A stretch of DNA of 20,000 nt, from the IMG/VR virus record IMGVR_UViG_3300050513_000092; one strand, 5' to 3'. How positions within the stretch are numbered: the first letter of the stretch is position 1; each line of letters starts with the position of its first letter. This document shows positions 1 through 7,881 of the stretch, one piece after another. Under the pieces are notes generated by a model. That model had not been told where the DNA came from. It searched no databases and saw nothing but the letters and a program-made list of their open reading frames with translations. Source of the stretch: an uncultured virus (IMG/VR IMGVR_UViG_3300050513_000092). Lineage: Duplodnaviria > Heunggongvirae > Uroviricota > Caudoviricetes. Made by a program: the position numbers and the translations under genes.

Positions 1-9
1 GAGGTAGGC

Positions 10-519
10 ATGGACGCAGTCGAAGTCGCGAAGCACCGCACCGCCTGGCGGGTCGAGAAGTACCGAGAGGACATCGGCCTCTGGGCTGGCCGCGAAGATC
101 AGTTCTTCAGCCAGTTCCGGCCCTACGAGGTGGTAGAAGGCGAGGGGAACATCCTCGTCAACGCGGGCATCGCACTCATGCTGGATCTGCTCATCGGTGC
201 GGGCGGAACCGTCTTCAGCAACGCGAACGCCTACCTCGGGGTGGGTGACAGCACGACCGCGGCCTCGGCGGGTCAGACCGATCTCCAGGCATCGACCAAC
301 AAGCTCCGCAAGGCGATGGATGCGACCTACCCTTCTCGGAGCGGACAGACTCTCACCTTCAAGTCATCGTTTGGCAGCGGTGACGCCAACTTTCACTGGA
401 ACGAGTGGGCGATCTTCAACGCCAGCTCGAGCGGCACCATGCTCAACCGCAAGGTGCAAGACTTCGGGACGAAGTCAGCGGGGACCTGGGTCCTGACCGC
501 GACGGTGACCATCTCCTGA
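10..519 (+). CDS. phage tail/baseplate-associated structural protein
   Basis: 169 aa with GAGGT SD at 1-5. The pattern 'YLGVGDSTTAASAGQTDL...TLTFKSSFGSGDANFHWNEWAIFNASSSGTMLNRKV' is typical of small phage tail-collar/baseplate proteins. It sits directly before the fibre-like genes. Confidence 0.75.
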   Translation: MDAVEVAKHRTAWRVEKYREDIGLWAGREDQFFSQFRPYEVVEGEGNILVNAGIALMLDLLIGAGGTVFSNANAYLGVGDSTTAASAGQTDLQASTNKLRKAMDATYPSRSGQTLTFKSSFGSGDANFHWNEWAIFNASSSGTMLNRKVQDFGTKSAGTWVLTATVTIS

Positions 520-1343
520 TGACGGAGAACACCGCCAACACCTACGCGACCACGCTGAACAACGGCGGCACGCTGAACTCAGGCGATACATCGATGGTGG
601 TCACGAGCGCCACCGGATCGCCAGCGGCCAACTTCCGGGTGAAGATCGAGAACGAGCTGATCCTCGTCACCGCCAAGAGTGGGACCACCTTTACCATCAC
701 GCGTGGGATCGAAGGCACAACGGCGGCCTCACACGCGGATGGAAGCGCGGTCACGCACGTTCTGACCTCTGCCTCGTTGGCCCAGTTGATCGCAGAAGGG
801 GCCAGCGGCGCGACCTGGGTACAAGACATCAACGAGAGCGGCGCGAGCTTCTCGAACTGGACGGCGCTCGGTGGGTCATGGGACAGCGACGGCACGGTCA
901 TCCGGCACACCTCGGTCGCGAATGCGTGGCAGGAGTCTAAGTACAACACCCTGATCCCTCTTGGCTTTCCAGTTATCGCGGAAGCGGAGATACGGCTTCC
1001 GAGTGCAGGGCAAGGGACCGGGTCCTTCGTGCAGAGCGGCATCAAGATTGGCCGCACGGGCATCCTCTTCAGATATTCCGGGACGCAGGCCATCCTCCAT
1101 CAGGACTTTGCGATCACGGACTACCGCGACTTTGCTTTCACGATCGCTCTGGACACCTGGTACAAGCTTCGTGCCGTCACCTCCGGCCCTCTGGTGAGCA
1201 TCTATGTCGACGGCGTGCTCAAGGCCACGTCGTTGGTTGGCGGGACGGGTGCTGCTGACTACTTTGGCCTAGGTGGCTACAACTCGCTCATGCACTACCG
1301 CAACATCAAACTCTGGACGTTGAGGGGCGGAGCGCCAGCCTAG
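519..1343 (+). CDS. putative tail fibre/receptor-binding protein (N-terminal adaptor domain, C-terminal ConA/lectin-like beta-sandwich)
   Basis: The real start is probably ATG 519, overlapping the upstream stop as TGATG, rather than the track start at 405. N-terminus 'TTLNNGGTLNSGDTSMVVTSATG...ENELILVT...TITRGIEGTTAASHADG'. C-terminus 'LDTWYKLRAVTSGPLVSIYVDGVL...GLGGYNSLMHYRNIKLW' is ConA/LamG-like. Confidence 0.7.
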   Translation: MTENTANTYATTLNNGGTLNSGDTSMVVTSATGSPAANFRVKIENELILVTAKSGTTFTITRGIEGTTAASHADGSAVTHVLTSASLAQLIAEGASGATWVQDINESGASFSNWTALGGSWDSDGTVIRHTSVANAWQESKYNTLIPLGFPVIAEAEIRLPSAGQGTGSFVQSGIKIGRTGILFRYSGTQAILHQDFAITDYRDFAFTIALDTWYKLRAVTSGPLVSIYVDGVLKATSLVGGTGAADYFGLGGYNSLMHYRNIKLWTLRGGAPA

Positions 1344-1355
1344 GGAGGCTAGAAC

Positions 1356-4109
1356 ATGGCCTTCACGGGGCAGCTCGGCACTGACGACAGCCAGCTCGGC
1401 GACATCGAGCTGGGGCTCGTCCCATCGGGGGGCGACAGCACTCCATCGGGCTCAGACTCCGGCTCTGGTACGGATGACGCGACTCTCGCTGTCGCAGTCA
1501 GCGATTCGGACTCCGGATCCGGTGCAGATGACGCCTCGGGCGGCGTCGCGGTCAGCGATTCCGACTCCGGTACAGGGTCCGACAACTCATCGAAGGAGAT
1601 CGACGGCCTCGTCACCGAGGCTGGGACGGGTGTCGACAGCGCCATAGGCGGGTTCCAGGGCCAGACCTCGGAATCCGGCCACGGGACAGACTACGCCGCG
1701 ATCGACAGCCCTGGACCGAGTGAGTCTGCTGCTGGATCAGACAGCGCACACGTCACGAAGTTCGGCGCGGACACGATCTCGGCCTGCGGCCCCTATTCCG
1801 GGCCGGTGCAGATCCTCTACGACGGGATCGATATCACGGCCTGCGTGCTGTTTGGGCAAACCAGCTTCAAGAGCGCAGCGAATGGTGCGGTCGGCACCTG
1901 CGAGATCCGGGTCAAGGACGTGGGCCATGCGTTCGGGTTCGTCGCAGGTCGCAGTCTCGAGCTGCGGATCAACGACGTGCGCGAATGGGCCGGATTCGTT
2001 GGCCGTGTCAAGAACGGCTACTTCTTCACCGGGTCGCTGAAGGCACCTGGCGACGTCGAGCGCTACTTCCAGCTCGACGGGGTCGACTTCAACGTCCTGT
2101 TCCAGAAGCGGATCATCTTCGACAAGGTCAAGCCGGAGACCATGCAGCTCACCACGTACCCGGCTGACACCGACGACGACGTCGTCATCAAGGCGTACCT
2201 GGAGAACCACCTCGACCTGAGCGGCGATGGCTTGAGCACCGCTGGCATCGAGCACGTGGGCACGCCGTCGCAGGATGACGAGATCAGCGGCTCGGCTGGC
2301 TGGACCTGGGGTCAGCTCGCTCGCTTCCTGCGCTTCAACACCGGGGCGCTCGATTACATCGACCCCGACAAGGTCATTATCCATACCGACGTCGACACGC
2401 CAGATGCACCGTTCAGCCTGGTCGATAGCCAGCCAGCCGACAGCTCCGAGGTCAGCGCGCGCGAGGTCGAGATCGAGTTCGGCGGAGACGCGCTGCGGAA
2501 CGACGCCCTGGTCTGGGGACTCGGCCAGGGGTCGGTCCTACCCGTCTTCAAGCGGACAGAGGATGCGACGTCGATCGCTGACCACAACCGCTGGCAGGTC
2601 GCCAATGTGATGACCTCCGTGTGGAAGCAGGCCACAGTCGACCGCGCGTCGAGCTCCCTCGTCTACGGATCCCCGCAGAACAAGCGCGGTGGCAAGGATG
2701 ACGCCGTCGCGGTGCGCCTGGTGACCTTCCAGCAGGGCTTCAGGGTGGGGCAGAAGGCTCAGTTCACCTCTGGGGTGTGGGGCTTCAGCGATGTGCTGCC
2801 GATCCGCTCCATGGAGATCGACTTCCCCACTCAGACCGACCCCCAGTACAGGCTGGTCCTCAGCCACGAGATCGACGATCCATGGGCCTCGATGGATCCG
2901 TTCAAGTTCAACTTCGACGTGCCCCCCGTCGACTTCAACATCGACATCCCGCCCTTCAAGCTCCCGCCATTCAACTTCTGCGCGGGGGCGTTCGTAGATA
3001 CCTTCGACAACCGCGAGATCCCGAGGTCAATCCATTACAACTGGGACGAAGAGCATCTCCCCGGTGAGCTCTTCCACTTCTTTGGGCCATCCGATGTGAT
3101 CCCGTGGGGGATCACGAGTGATGGGTTTCACCAGTGGCACGTCAATCAGAGCGATGAATCTGACAGGCTCGACCTGGGGGCGGAGAGCCTGCTGGGCGGC
3201 TTCGGGGTCGGCTCAGGGTTCCTCGGCAATGGCGCTGGGTTCATGTCCTTCGATAAGGACAACGTCGTTCCGAACTTTTCCTTCGCACAGATCCACTCCA
3301 ATGAGATCCCCGCCATCTGGGATGGAGATTGGACCTTTGAGACGATCGTTCACCTCAATCATCACAAGACGTTTTCCGGTGAGCATGACCGCGTTACGCT
3401 GGACATCATCGCAGGCGACGCCAACGTCGCCCTGAGCCTAAGCTTCGATCCCGGCTTCTTCGCTGGCCCGTACTCACAGTTTGGAATGCAAGAGTCGAAC
3501 TCCCTTACATACGAGACCAATCCCGACGGTCTCTCTCTCGGTTATGGAATCCCTTGGCACATCAAATGGGAACACTTCCCGTCGACGGGGGTTGCTCGGG
3601 CAAAGATCTGGGAAGAGGGAAGCCTGGAGCCCGATTGGCAACTGACCGACGATGTCTTTGACTACCGGCCCTACCGCCCATCCGATGTAGGGAGTCCGGA
3701 CTTTCCAGACCTCATTATCGGCCCCGACTCTAGTCTCAGAACGGGGAGCGATCCGACCGATTACGTCAGGCTCGACTTCGAGTACATCTTCATCTACAGC
3801 CCCGATCTCGCAGTCTGCATTGATCCTCTTACCGTGCCGCCATCAGACCCAGGAATCGGTCCGGTCGCGGAACCCGGATCGCCGCGGAGCGCACCGCCAG
3901 GCTATCCGCCGACCTACAGTTACTTCAACACCTCGGCGCCGTTTTCCCCGGGATCGACGCGCGTCTGGCTGGATGGCCTTCTGCTGCGACGTGGCGTCGA
4001 CTACGACGAGGGCGACCCCTACTACGGACATTTCATCATCATCCCGGACACGATCGATGTGACCGGCAAGACGGTCCTGATCGCTTACGATGCCGTGGTG
4101 GGAGGGTAG
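1356..4109 (+). CDS. large minor tail protein (hub/Tal-like core with Ser/Asp repeats and an inserted lectin-like module); paralog of 4113-5918
   Basis: 917 aa with GGAGG SD. Core motifs are shared with the next ORF (GVDFNVLFQKRII, NDALVWG, HNRWQ, LPIRSM, RRGVDY..E.DP). The insert contains 'RAKIWEEGSLEPDWQ', a motif seen in tail lectin modules. Confidence 0.75.
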   Translation: MAFTGQLGTDDSQLGDIELGLVPSGGDSTPSGSDSGSGTDDATLAVAVSDSDSGSGADDASGGVAVSDSDSGTGSDNSSKEIDGLVTEAGTGVDSAIGGFQGQTSESGHGTDYAAIDSPGPSESAAGSDSAHVTKFGADTISACGPYSGPVQILYDGIDITACVLFGQTSFKSAANGAVGTCEIRVKDVGHAFGFVAGRSLELRINDVREWAGFVGRVKNGYFFTGSLKAPGDVERYFQLDGVDFNVLFQKRIIFDKVKPETMQLTTYPADTDDDVVIKAYLENHLDLSGDGLSTAGIEHVGTPSQDDEISGSAGWTWGQLARFLRFNTGALDYIDPDKVIIHTDVDTPDAPFSLVDSQPADSSEVSAREVEIEFGGDALRNDALVWGLGQGSVLPVFKRTEDATSIADHNRWQVANVMTSVWKQATVDRASSSLVYGSPQNKRGGKDDAVAVRLVTFQQGFRVGQKAQFTSGVWGFSDVLPIRSMEIDFPTQTDPQYRLVLSHEIDDPWASMDPFKFNFDVPPVDFNIDIPPFKLPPFNFCAGAFVDTFDNREIPRSIHYNWDEEHLPGELFHFFGPSDVIPWGITSDGFHQWHVNQSDESDRLDLGAESLLGGFGVGSGFLGNGAGFMSFDKDNVVPNFSFAQIHSNEIPAIWDGDWTFETIVHLNHHKTFSGEHDRVTLDIIAGDANVALSLSFDPGFFAGPYSQFGMQESNSLTYETNPDGLSLGYGIPWHIKWEHFPSTGVARAKIWEEGSLEPDWQLTDDVFDYRPYRPSDVGSPDFPDLIIGPDSSLRTGSDPTDYVRLDFEYIFIYSPDLAVCIDPLTVPPSDPGIGPVAEPGSPRSAPPGYPPTYSYFNTSAPFSPGSTRVWLDGLLLRRGVDYDEGDPYYGHFIIIPDTIDVTGKTVLIAYDAVVGG
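1440..1750 (+). repeat. degenerate ~18-codon Ser/Asp/Gly coding repeats
   Basis: Units read SGSDSGSGTDDA, VAVSDSDSGSGADDA, VAVSDSDSGTGSDNS, TEAGTGVDSA, SESGHGTDYA and SESAAGSDSA. At DNA level gtcgcrgtcagcgattcsgactccgg occurs twice, 54 nt apart. Confidence 0.8.
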
Positions 4110-4112
4110 ACT

Positions 4113-5918
4113 GTGGCCCGACTCCCGAGTACCGTAGTCATTCGGTACAGAGGCACCGACATCACGGCGCACGTGATGCCCGCGACGGCGCGGTTCGAGT
4201 CGCAGATGAGCGCGGCTCCGGGATCCTTCGAGATCACCGTGCGCGACAGGGACCAGAGCCTCTCCTTCGTCAGTGGCGGAGAGATCGAGCTCGACATCGA
4301 TGGTGTGCCGATGTTCGGCGGCTTTGTCACCAACATTCGCCGCAAGTACGCCTTCCCTGCTGTCGACACGAGCAACCCCGCCGCGGTGAAATCTCGGCTG
4401 TGGGTGCTGACCGGAGTCGACTACAACATCCTGTTCGACAAGCGGGTCATCCGGAACCCTGCGGACTACCTGCACCAGCTCCCGAACTTCACCTCCGAGG
4501 ACTTCGACGGCGATTTGATCCGCGAAGCCCTGGCTGGCAGCCGCTACATCGATGTCCCTGCTGGATTCGACACCGATTCGCAGGTCGAAAACACCGACGC
4601 CTACCGGACATACAACTCGCGGACCAATGGGGCGATCTCGTCGGGGGCAACGACCGTCACGGTCGACGACGTCGATAACCTGCCCGCGACCTTCCCTTTC
4701 CAGGCGATCATCAAGGATGACCCAACCACGTTCGCTAACCGGGAGATAGTCTCGATCACGGGACGCACGGGTCTAGTTTTCGACATCGTGCGTGCACAAG
4801 GTGGGTCGAGTGCGATTGCCCACGGCGATAACTCGTTTCTCCTGCACAAGTCGCCGGGGGCGTGGCCGCAGCAGGGGTCGCTGTGGCGACAGCTCATGGA
4901 GGACTTCACCCAGTTCTCCGGCGCGGGGTATTACCTGGCTGCGAACAAGGTGCTGCATCACCATGCGCTCGAGAGCCTCGAGGCCAGGTGGGGCTTCAGC
5001 GATCGCCCGAACAAGGACCCGATCACAGCCAGCCCGGTGGCGTACCAAGGAGCGACCTACGGACCGCGAGAGTTGGACGCCGTCCAGGACGGCGAGGTCA
5101 TCATCAACGATGCTCTGGTGTGGGGCGGCAGCGAGTGGGCCGGAGCCGCTGGCGGAACGGTCTTCGCCAGGCGCCAGAACACTCCATCGCAGGATGACCA
5201 TGGCCGCTGGCAGACCGGCGAGGTCCACATCGGCGAGGAGGGCTTCAAGACCTCGAAGGGTGTCGCTGCTCGAGCCAAGGTCATCGTCGATGGCGGCGCA
5301 ACGGTCGGCGGAGGCTTCAATCCGGGGCTGGCGTTCGAGCAGTGGAACGTGTCACTGACCTGGTTTGCCCATGACGTCCCATTCCTGTCGGGAGTGCGCG
5401 ATCACCTTCGTGCGGGCCAGCTCGTCCACATCGAGCTCCAGACCTTCGCGGTCGATGACATCCCGCTCGAGCACATCCTGCCGATGCGGAGCCTGAGCGT
5501 GACCTTCCCGGCCACCAAGGGTCCAAACGAGGCCGACGACAAGGAATCCTACGTCCAGTTCGACGGCACTTTCGGCCTTCAGCTCAGCGACCCGTTCACG
5601 CTCTGGCGCTACCTGTTGCGGGCGACCAAGCTGGGCAAGGCCAATCAGGTCGTTTCAGCGGTCGACGGGACAAACCCTGCGCCGTATGGATCGGTGCTGG
5701 CGGTCGAGCCTGAGCCGCCCACCGACAGCACGACAACCACCTTCCACTTGCCAGACGGCCGCGGCTACATCGGTGGCACGACCGAGGTCTACCTGACCGG
5801 CTCGCGCCTACGGCGCGGAGTCGACTACACCGAGAGCGATCCGATCAACGGCGTGATCGAGATGACCAATCCGCCTGACGGCGCGGACTGGCTCTGGATC
5901 GTCTGCCGCACGACTTAG
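4113..5918 (+). CDS. minor tail protein (hub/Tal-like), paralog of 1356-4109
   Basis: 601 aa, GTG start with GGAGGG SD. Motifs YRGTDIT, GVDYNILFDKRVI, NDALVWG, HGRWQ, LPMRSL and RRGVDYTESDP match the upstream ORF. Confidence 0.75.
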   Translation: MARLPSTVVIRYRGTDITAHVMPATARFESQMSAAPGSFEITVRDRDQSLSFVSGGEIELDIDGVPMFGGFVTNIRRKYAFPAVDTSNPAAVKSRLWVLTGVDYNILFDKRVIRNPADYLHQLPNFTSEDFDGDLIREALAGSRYIDVPAGFDTDSQVENTDAYRTYNSRTNGAISSGATTVTVDDVDNLPATFPFQAIIKDDPTTFANREIVSITGRTGLVFDIVRAQGGSSAIAHGDNSFLLHKSPGAWPQQGSLWRQLMEDFTQFSGAGYYLAANKVLHHHALESLEARWGFSDRPNKDPITASPVAYQGATYGPRELDAVQDGEVIINDALVWGGSEWAGAAGGTVFARRQNTPSQDDHGRWQTGEVHIGEEGFKTSKGVAARAKVIVDGGATVGGGFNPGLAFEQWNVSLTWFAHDVPFLSGVRDHLRAGQLVHIELQTFAVDDIPLEHILPMRSLSVTFPATKGPNEADDKESYVQFDGTFGLQLSDPFTLWRYLLRATKLGKANQVVSAVDGTNPAPYGSVLAVEPEPPTDSTTTTFHLPDGRGYIGGTTEVYLTGSRLRRGVDYTESDPINGVIEMTNPPDGADWLWIVCRTT

Positions 5919-5935
5919 CCACCCCACCCTTACCT

Positions 5936-5967
5936 CAGCACGCGGGGATCCCGTGGTCGACGTGCTG
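5936..5967. other. intergenic inverted repeat (CAGCACG/CGTGCTG) between tail and membrane genes
   Basis: Perfect 7-bp arms around an 18-nt loop, with no U-tract. Function unknown. Confidence 0.3.
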
Positions 5968-5990
5968 CCCATTTCCGGAGGGAGTCGCCC

Positions 5991-6245
5991 ATGAAAACCG
6001 ACCTGGTGGCCGCCATCAAGGTCTTCTTCACGTACAGCATCGCCACCTTCCTCATCGTCGGCACCTACTACGCGCTGGTGATCTATCCGTTCGAGCTGAG
6101 CGACAGCGTGAAGCTCTGGCTCACCGCCACCTCTGGCGGAGCGATCGCGTGGGTGTTCGGCGACCAGATCGCGAGCCGGGTGCAGCATCAGCAGCAGACG
6201 GCCTTCGACAAAGGACTCAGCGCAACGCCCAACGAGAAGCAGTAG
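5991..6245 (+). CDS. 2-TM membrane protein, holin-like
   Basis: 84 aa with two hydrophobic helices and a hydrophilic C-terminal tail. GGAGGGAG SD. Position follows the tail genes. Confidence 0.6.
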   Translation: MKTDLVAAIKVFFTYSIATFLIVGTYYALVIYPFELSDSVKLWLTATSGGAIAWVFGDQIASRVQHQQQTAFDKGLSATPNEKQ

Positions 6246-6253
6246 GAGAAACC

Positions 6254-6607
6254 ATGTTTGCAGACCTCCAGGCGCACATCGCTGCGCTCCCCCTTGCCAT
6301 CCAGCTCATCGGGCTGATGGCGGTCCTCTCGGTCTTCGACTTCGCCGCCGCTTGCGTCGCGGCCGCCCGCAAGGGCAGCTTCGAGGGTACGCGGCTCGGT
6401 CAGTGGGTCGCCACCAAGGGCCTACCGATCATCACCGTGGCCTTGCTCTACGCGCTGGATACGAGCGTGAAGCTGGTCCAGATCGATCTGGGTGGAACCC
6501 AGCTCGGCGCGTTCGGCGCCCTGGCCTATGGGCAGGCGATCACCTTTATCGCAGGTGAGGCGCTCAGCATCAAGGGTCACCTGGCTCCAGATTCCCCAGC
6601 GGGCTGA
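6254..6607 (+). CDS. phage holin (Phage_holin_4/TcdE-like)
   Basis: ATG 6254 follows an AGGAG SD. About 3 TM segments. The pattern 'FDFAAACVAAARKGSFEG...TKGL...EALSIKGHL' resembles the holin-4 D..(T)G...A...KK...E..SI.EN signature. Confidence 0.65.
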   Translation: MFADLQAHIAALPLAIQLIGLMAVLSVFDFAAACVAAARKGSFEGTRLGQWVATKGLPIITVALLYALDTSVKLVQIDLGGTQLGAFGALAYGQAITFIAGEALSIKGHLAPDSPAG

Positions 6608-6609
6608 GG

Positions 6610-6801
6610 TTGGCAGGGCAGAGTTACGGCCTGCCCCTGCGGTGCCTGAGTTGCGCGACACGATGGCTGGTCCCGGGCCTCAAGCCGGGGACTTGGTTTG
6701 CTGTGTTCGAGCAGAGTCGTTTCTGCCTGCTCAAGATCCCAGGGGTCAAGGCCGTACCCTGTCCGCATTGCGGTAGTCGACTGACCGCCACGAGGAGGTA
6801 G
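6610..6801 (+). CDS. small zinc-ribbon protein (CxxC...CPHC)
   Basis: 63 aa, TTG start. It fills the gap between the holin and the next gene almost exactly. Contains CLSC and CPHC pairs. Confidence 0.5.
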   Translation: MAGQSYGLPLRCLSCATRWLVPGLKPGTWFAVFEQSRFCLLKIPGVKAVPCPHCGSRLTATRR

Positions 6802-6802
6802 G

Positions 6803-7060
6803 ATGGATCCGTCACTCGTCCAGGCGGTCACGGTTCTGGGTGCCGCGGGAGTGGCACTCTGGGTCATCCGCCTCCTCGTCAGTAATCCTCCCAGCCTTCA
6901 TACGCACAGCGAGGTTGAAGGTCTCCGCGCAGACAAGGCCATCCTGTCGGATGCCAACCTCGCCCTGCGGAAAGCCCTCACCGACGTCAATAAGGACCTT
7001 GGGGAGATCTTGAAGCTCCTCCAGAATGGAAGCGGGGGCGCGAAGAGGGATGGCGGATGA
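6803..7060 (+). CDS. membrane protein with N-terminal TM and coiled coil (lysis-region accessory)
   Basis: AGGAGG SD. One TM (VQAVTVLGAAGVALWVIRLLV) followed by a heptad-rich helix. Confidence 0.7.
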   Translation: MDPSLVQAVTVLGAAGVALWVIRLLVSNPPSLHTHSEVEGLRADKAILSDANLALRKALTDVNKDLGEILKLLQNGSGGAKRDGG

Positions 7061-7287
7061 GCCTGCTTGAGCGTATCCTTCGTGGGATGTTCGGACGGAA
7101 GCCGCCCGACCCCGAAGCCCGCATCGACCCGGCTGTGGCCCAGGCTGCCTCTGAGTCGCATGCCAAGATCCAGACTACCCAACAGCTCCTCTCTGAGCTG
7201 AGGTCTCGCACTGATGAAGCCCGTCTTGGTCGGGCGAGACTGATCTATGAGGAGGGGTTGTATGGCCGCAGAGGTTCCCCAGGCTGA
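7057..7287 (+). CDS. small helical protein with amphipathic N-terminus
   Basis: ATGA overlap with the upstream stop. MSLLERILRGMFGRK amphipathic start followed by a coiled-coil-like segment. Confidence 0.65.
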   Translation: MSLLERILRGMFGRKPPDPEARIDPAVAQAASESHAKIQTTQQLLSELRSRTDEARLGRARLIYEEGLYGRRGSPG

Positions 7288-7675
7288 TTGGGTGCAGACC
7301 GCCAACGCGATTTTCTTCGTCGCCTTCACGGTCGCCGTCGCCTTCGGCGCCTTCACGACCACCCGGCGCCTGATCCGCTACTGGCGGCGCGGAGAACGAG
7401 CTCCGCTCCTCCTTCTCCGTGACGTCGTCGCGCGCAACACGCTCGCCATCCCTCTCGGAGCCATCCTGCTCGCCAGGGTGTTGGTCGCTTTCGGCGTCAA
7501 TCTATCCTCGCTCGGTCGCAATCCGGTATGGGTCTTCAGCACGGGCGGGATCGCGGTGCTCGGCGTGATCGTCTACGACGTGTTCGAGGTCCTCATCGAA
7601 CGGGACGACCGGGTCCGCCAGCTCGAGTGGGAGGCCGAGCAGCTCCGCAAGGGTGAGCGGATCAGCCGCCGCTAG
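7262..7675 (+). CDS. 3-TM membrane protein, putative holin-like
   Basis: ATG 7262 follows a GAGGAGG SD. Three hydrophobic segments and a charged C-terminus. Confidence 0.7.
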   Translation: MAAEVPQADWVQTANAIFFVAFTVAVAFGAFTTTRRLIRYWRRGERAPLLLLRDVVARNTLAIPLGAILLARVLVAFGVNLSSLGRNPVWVFSTGGIAVLGVIVYDVFEVLIERDDRVRQLEWEAEQLRKGERISRR

Positions 7676-7881
7676 GAGCGGAGCATCCAGCCAGCGCCCG
7701 GACGGGGCAGGTAGACCATCCCACGGTCACGCAGGATCGTCAGATGATCGAATGTACCCGTCGTCGACAGCCCCACCTTCGCCGCGATCTCGCGGACGGT
7801 GGGGCTGTATCCGTTTGCCCGGGTCAGCTCGGCGATGGCGTGGAGCACGCGCTCGCGCTGGACGTCGCCGCGGTCAGCCAT
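7672..7881 (-). CDS. LexA-type DNA-binding-domain-only protein (wHTH)
   Basis: 'RERVLHAIAELTRANGYSPTVREIAAKVGLSTTGTFDHLTILRDRGMV' matches the LexA N-domain G(Y)xPTVREI motif. There is no peptidase domain. TGATG coupling at 7881. Confidence 0.8.
   Translation of the reverse strand: MADRGDVQRERVLHAIAELTRANGYSPTVREIAAKVGLSTTGTFDHLTILRDRGMVYLPRPGAGWMLRS

Noticed and set aside
1100..4109. Diversity-generating retroelement target in the tail lectin domains
   Set aside because: No reverse transcriptase and no VR/TR repeat pair with adenine-specific mismatches is visible in the window.
519..6245. Genome-wide TAG recoding (genetic code 15)
   Set aside because: TAGs fall at natural protein ends followed by SD and start codons. 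No conserved domain is interrupted by TAG.
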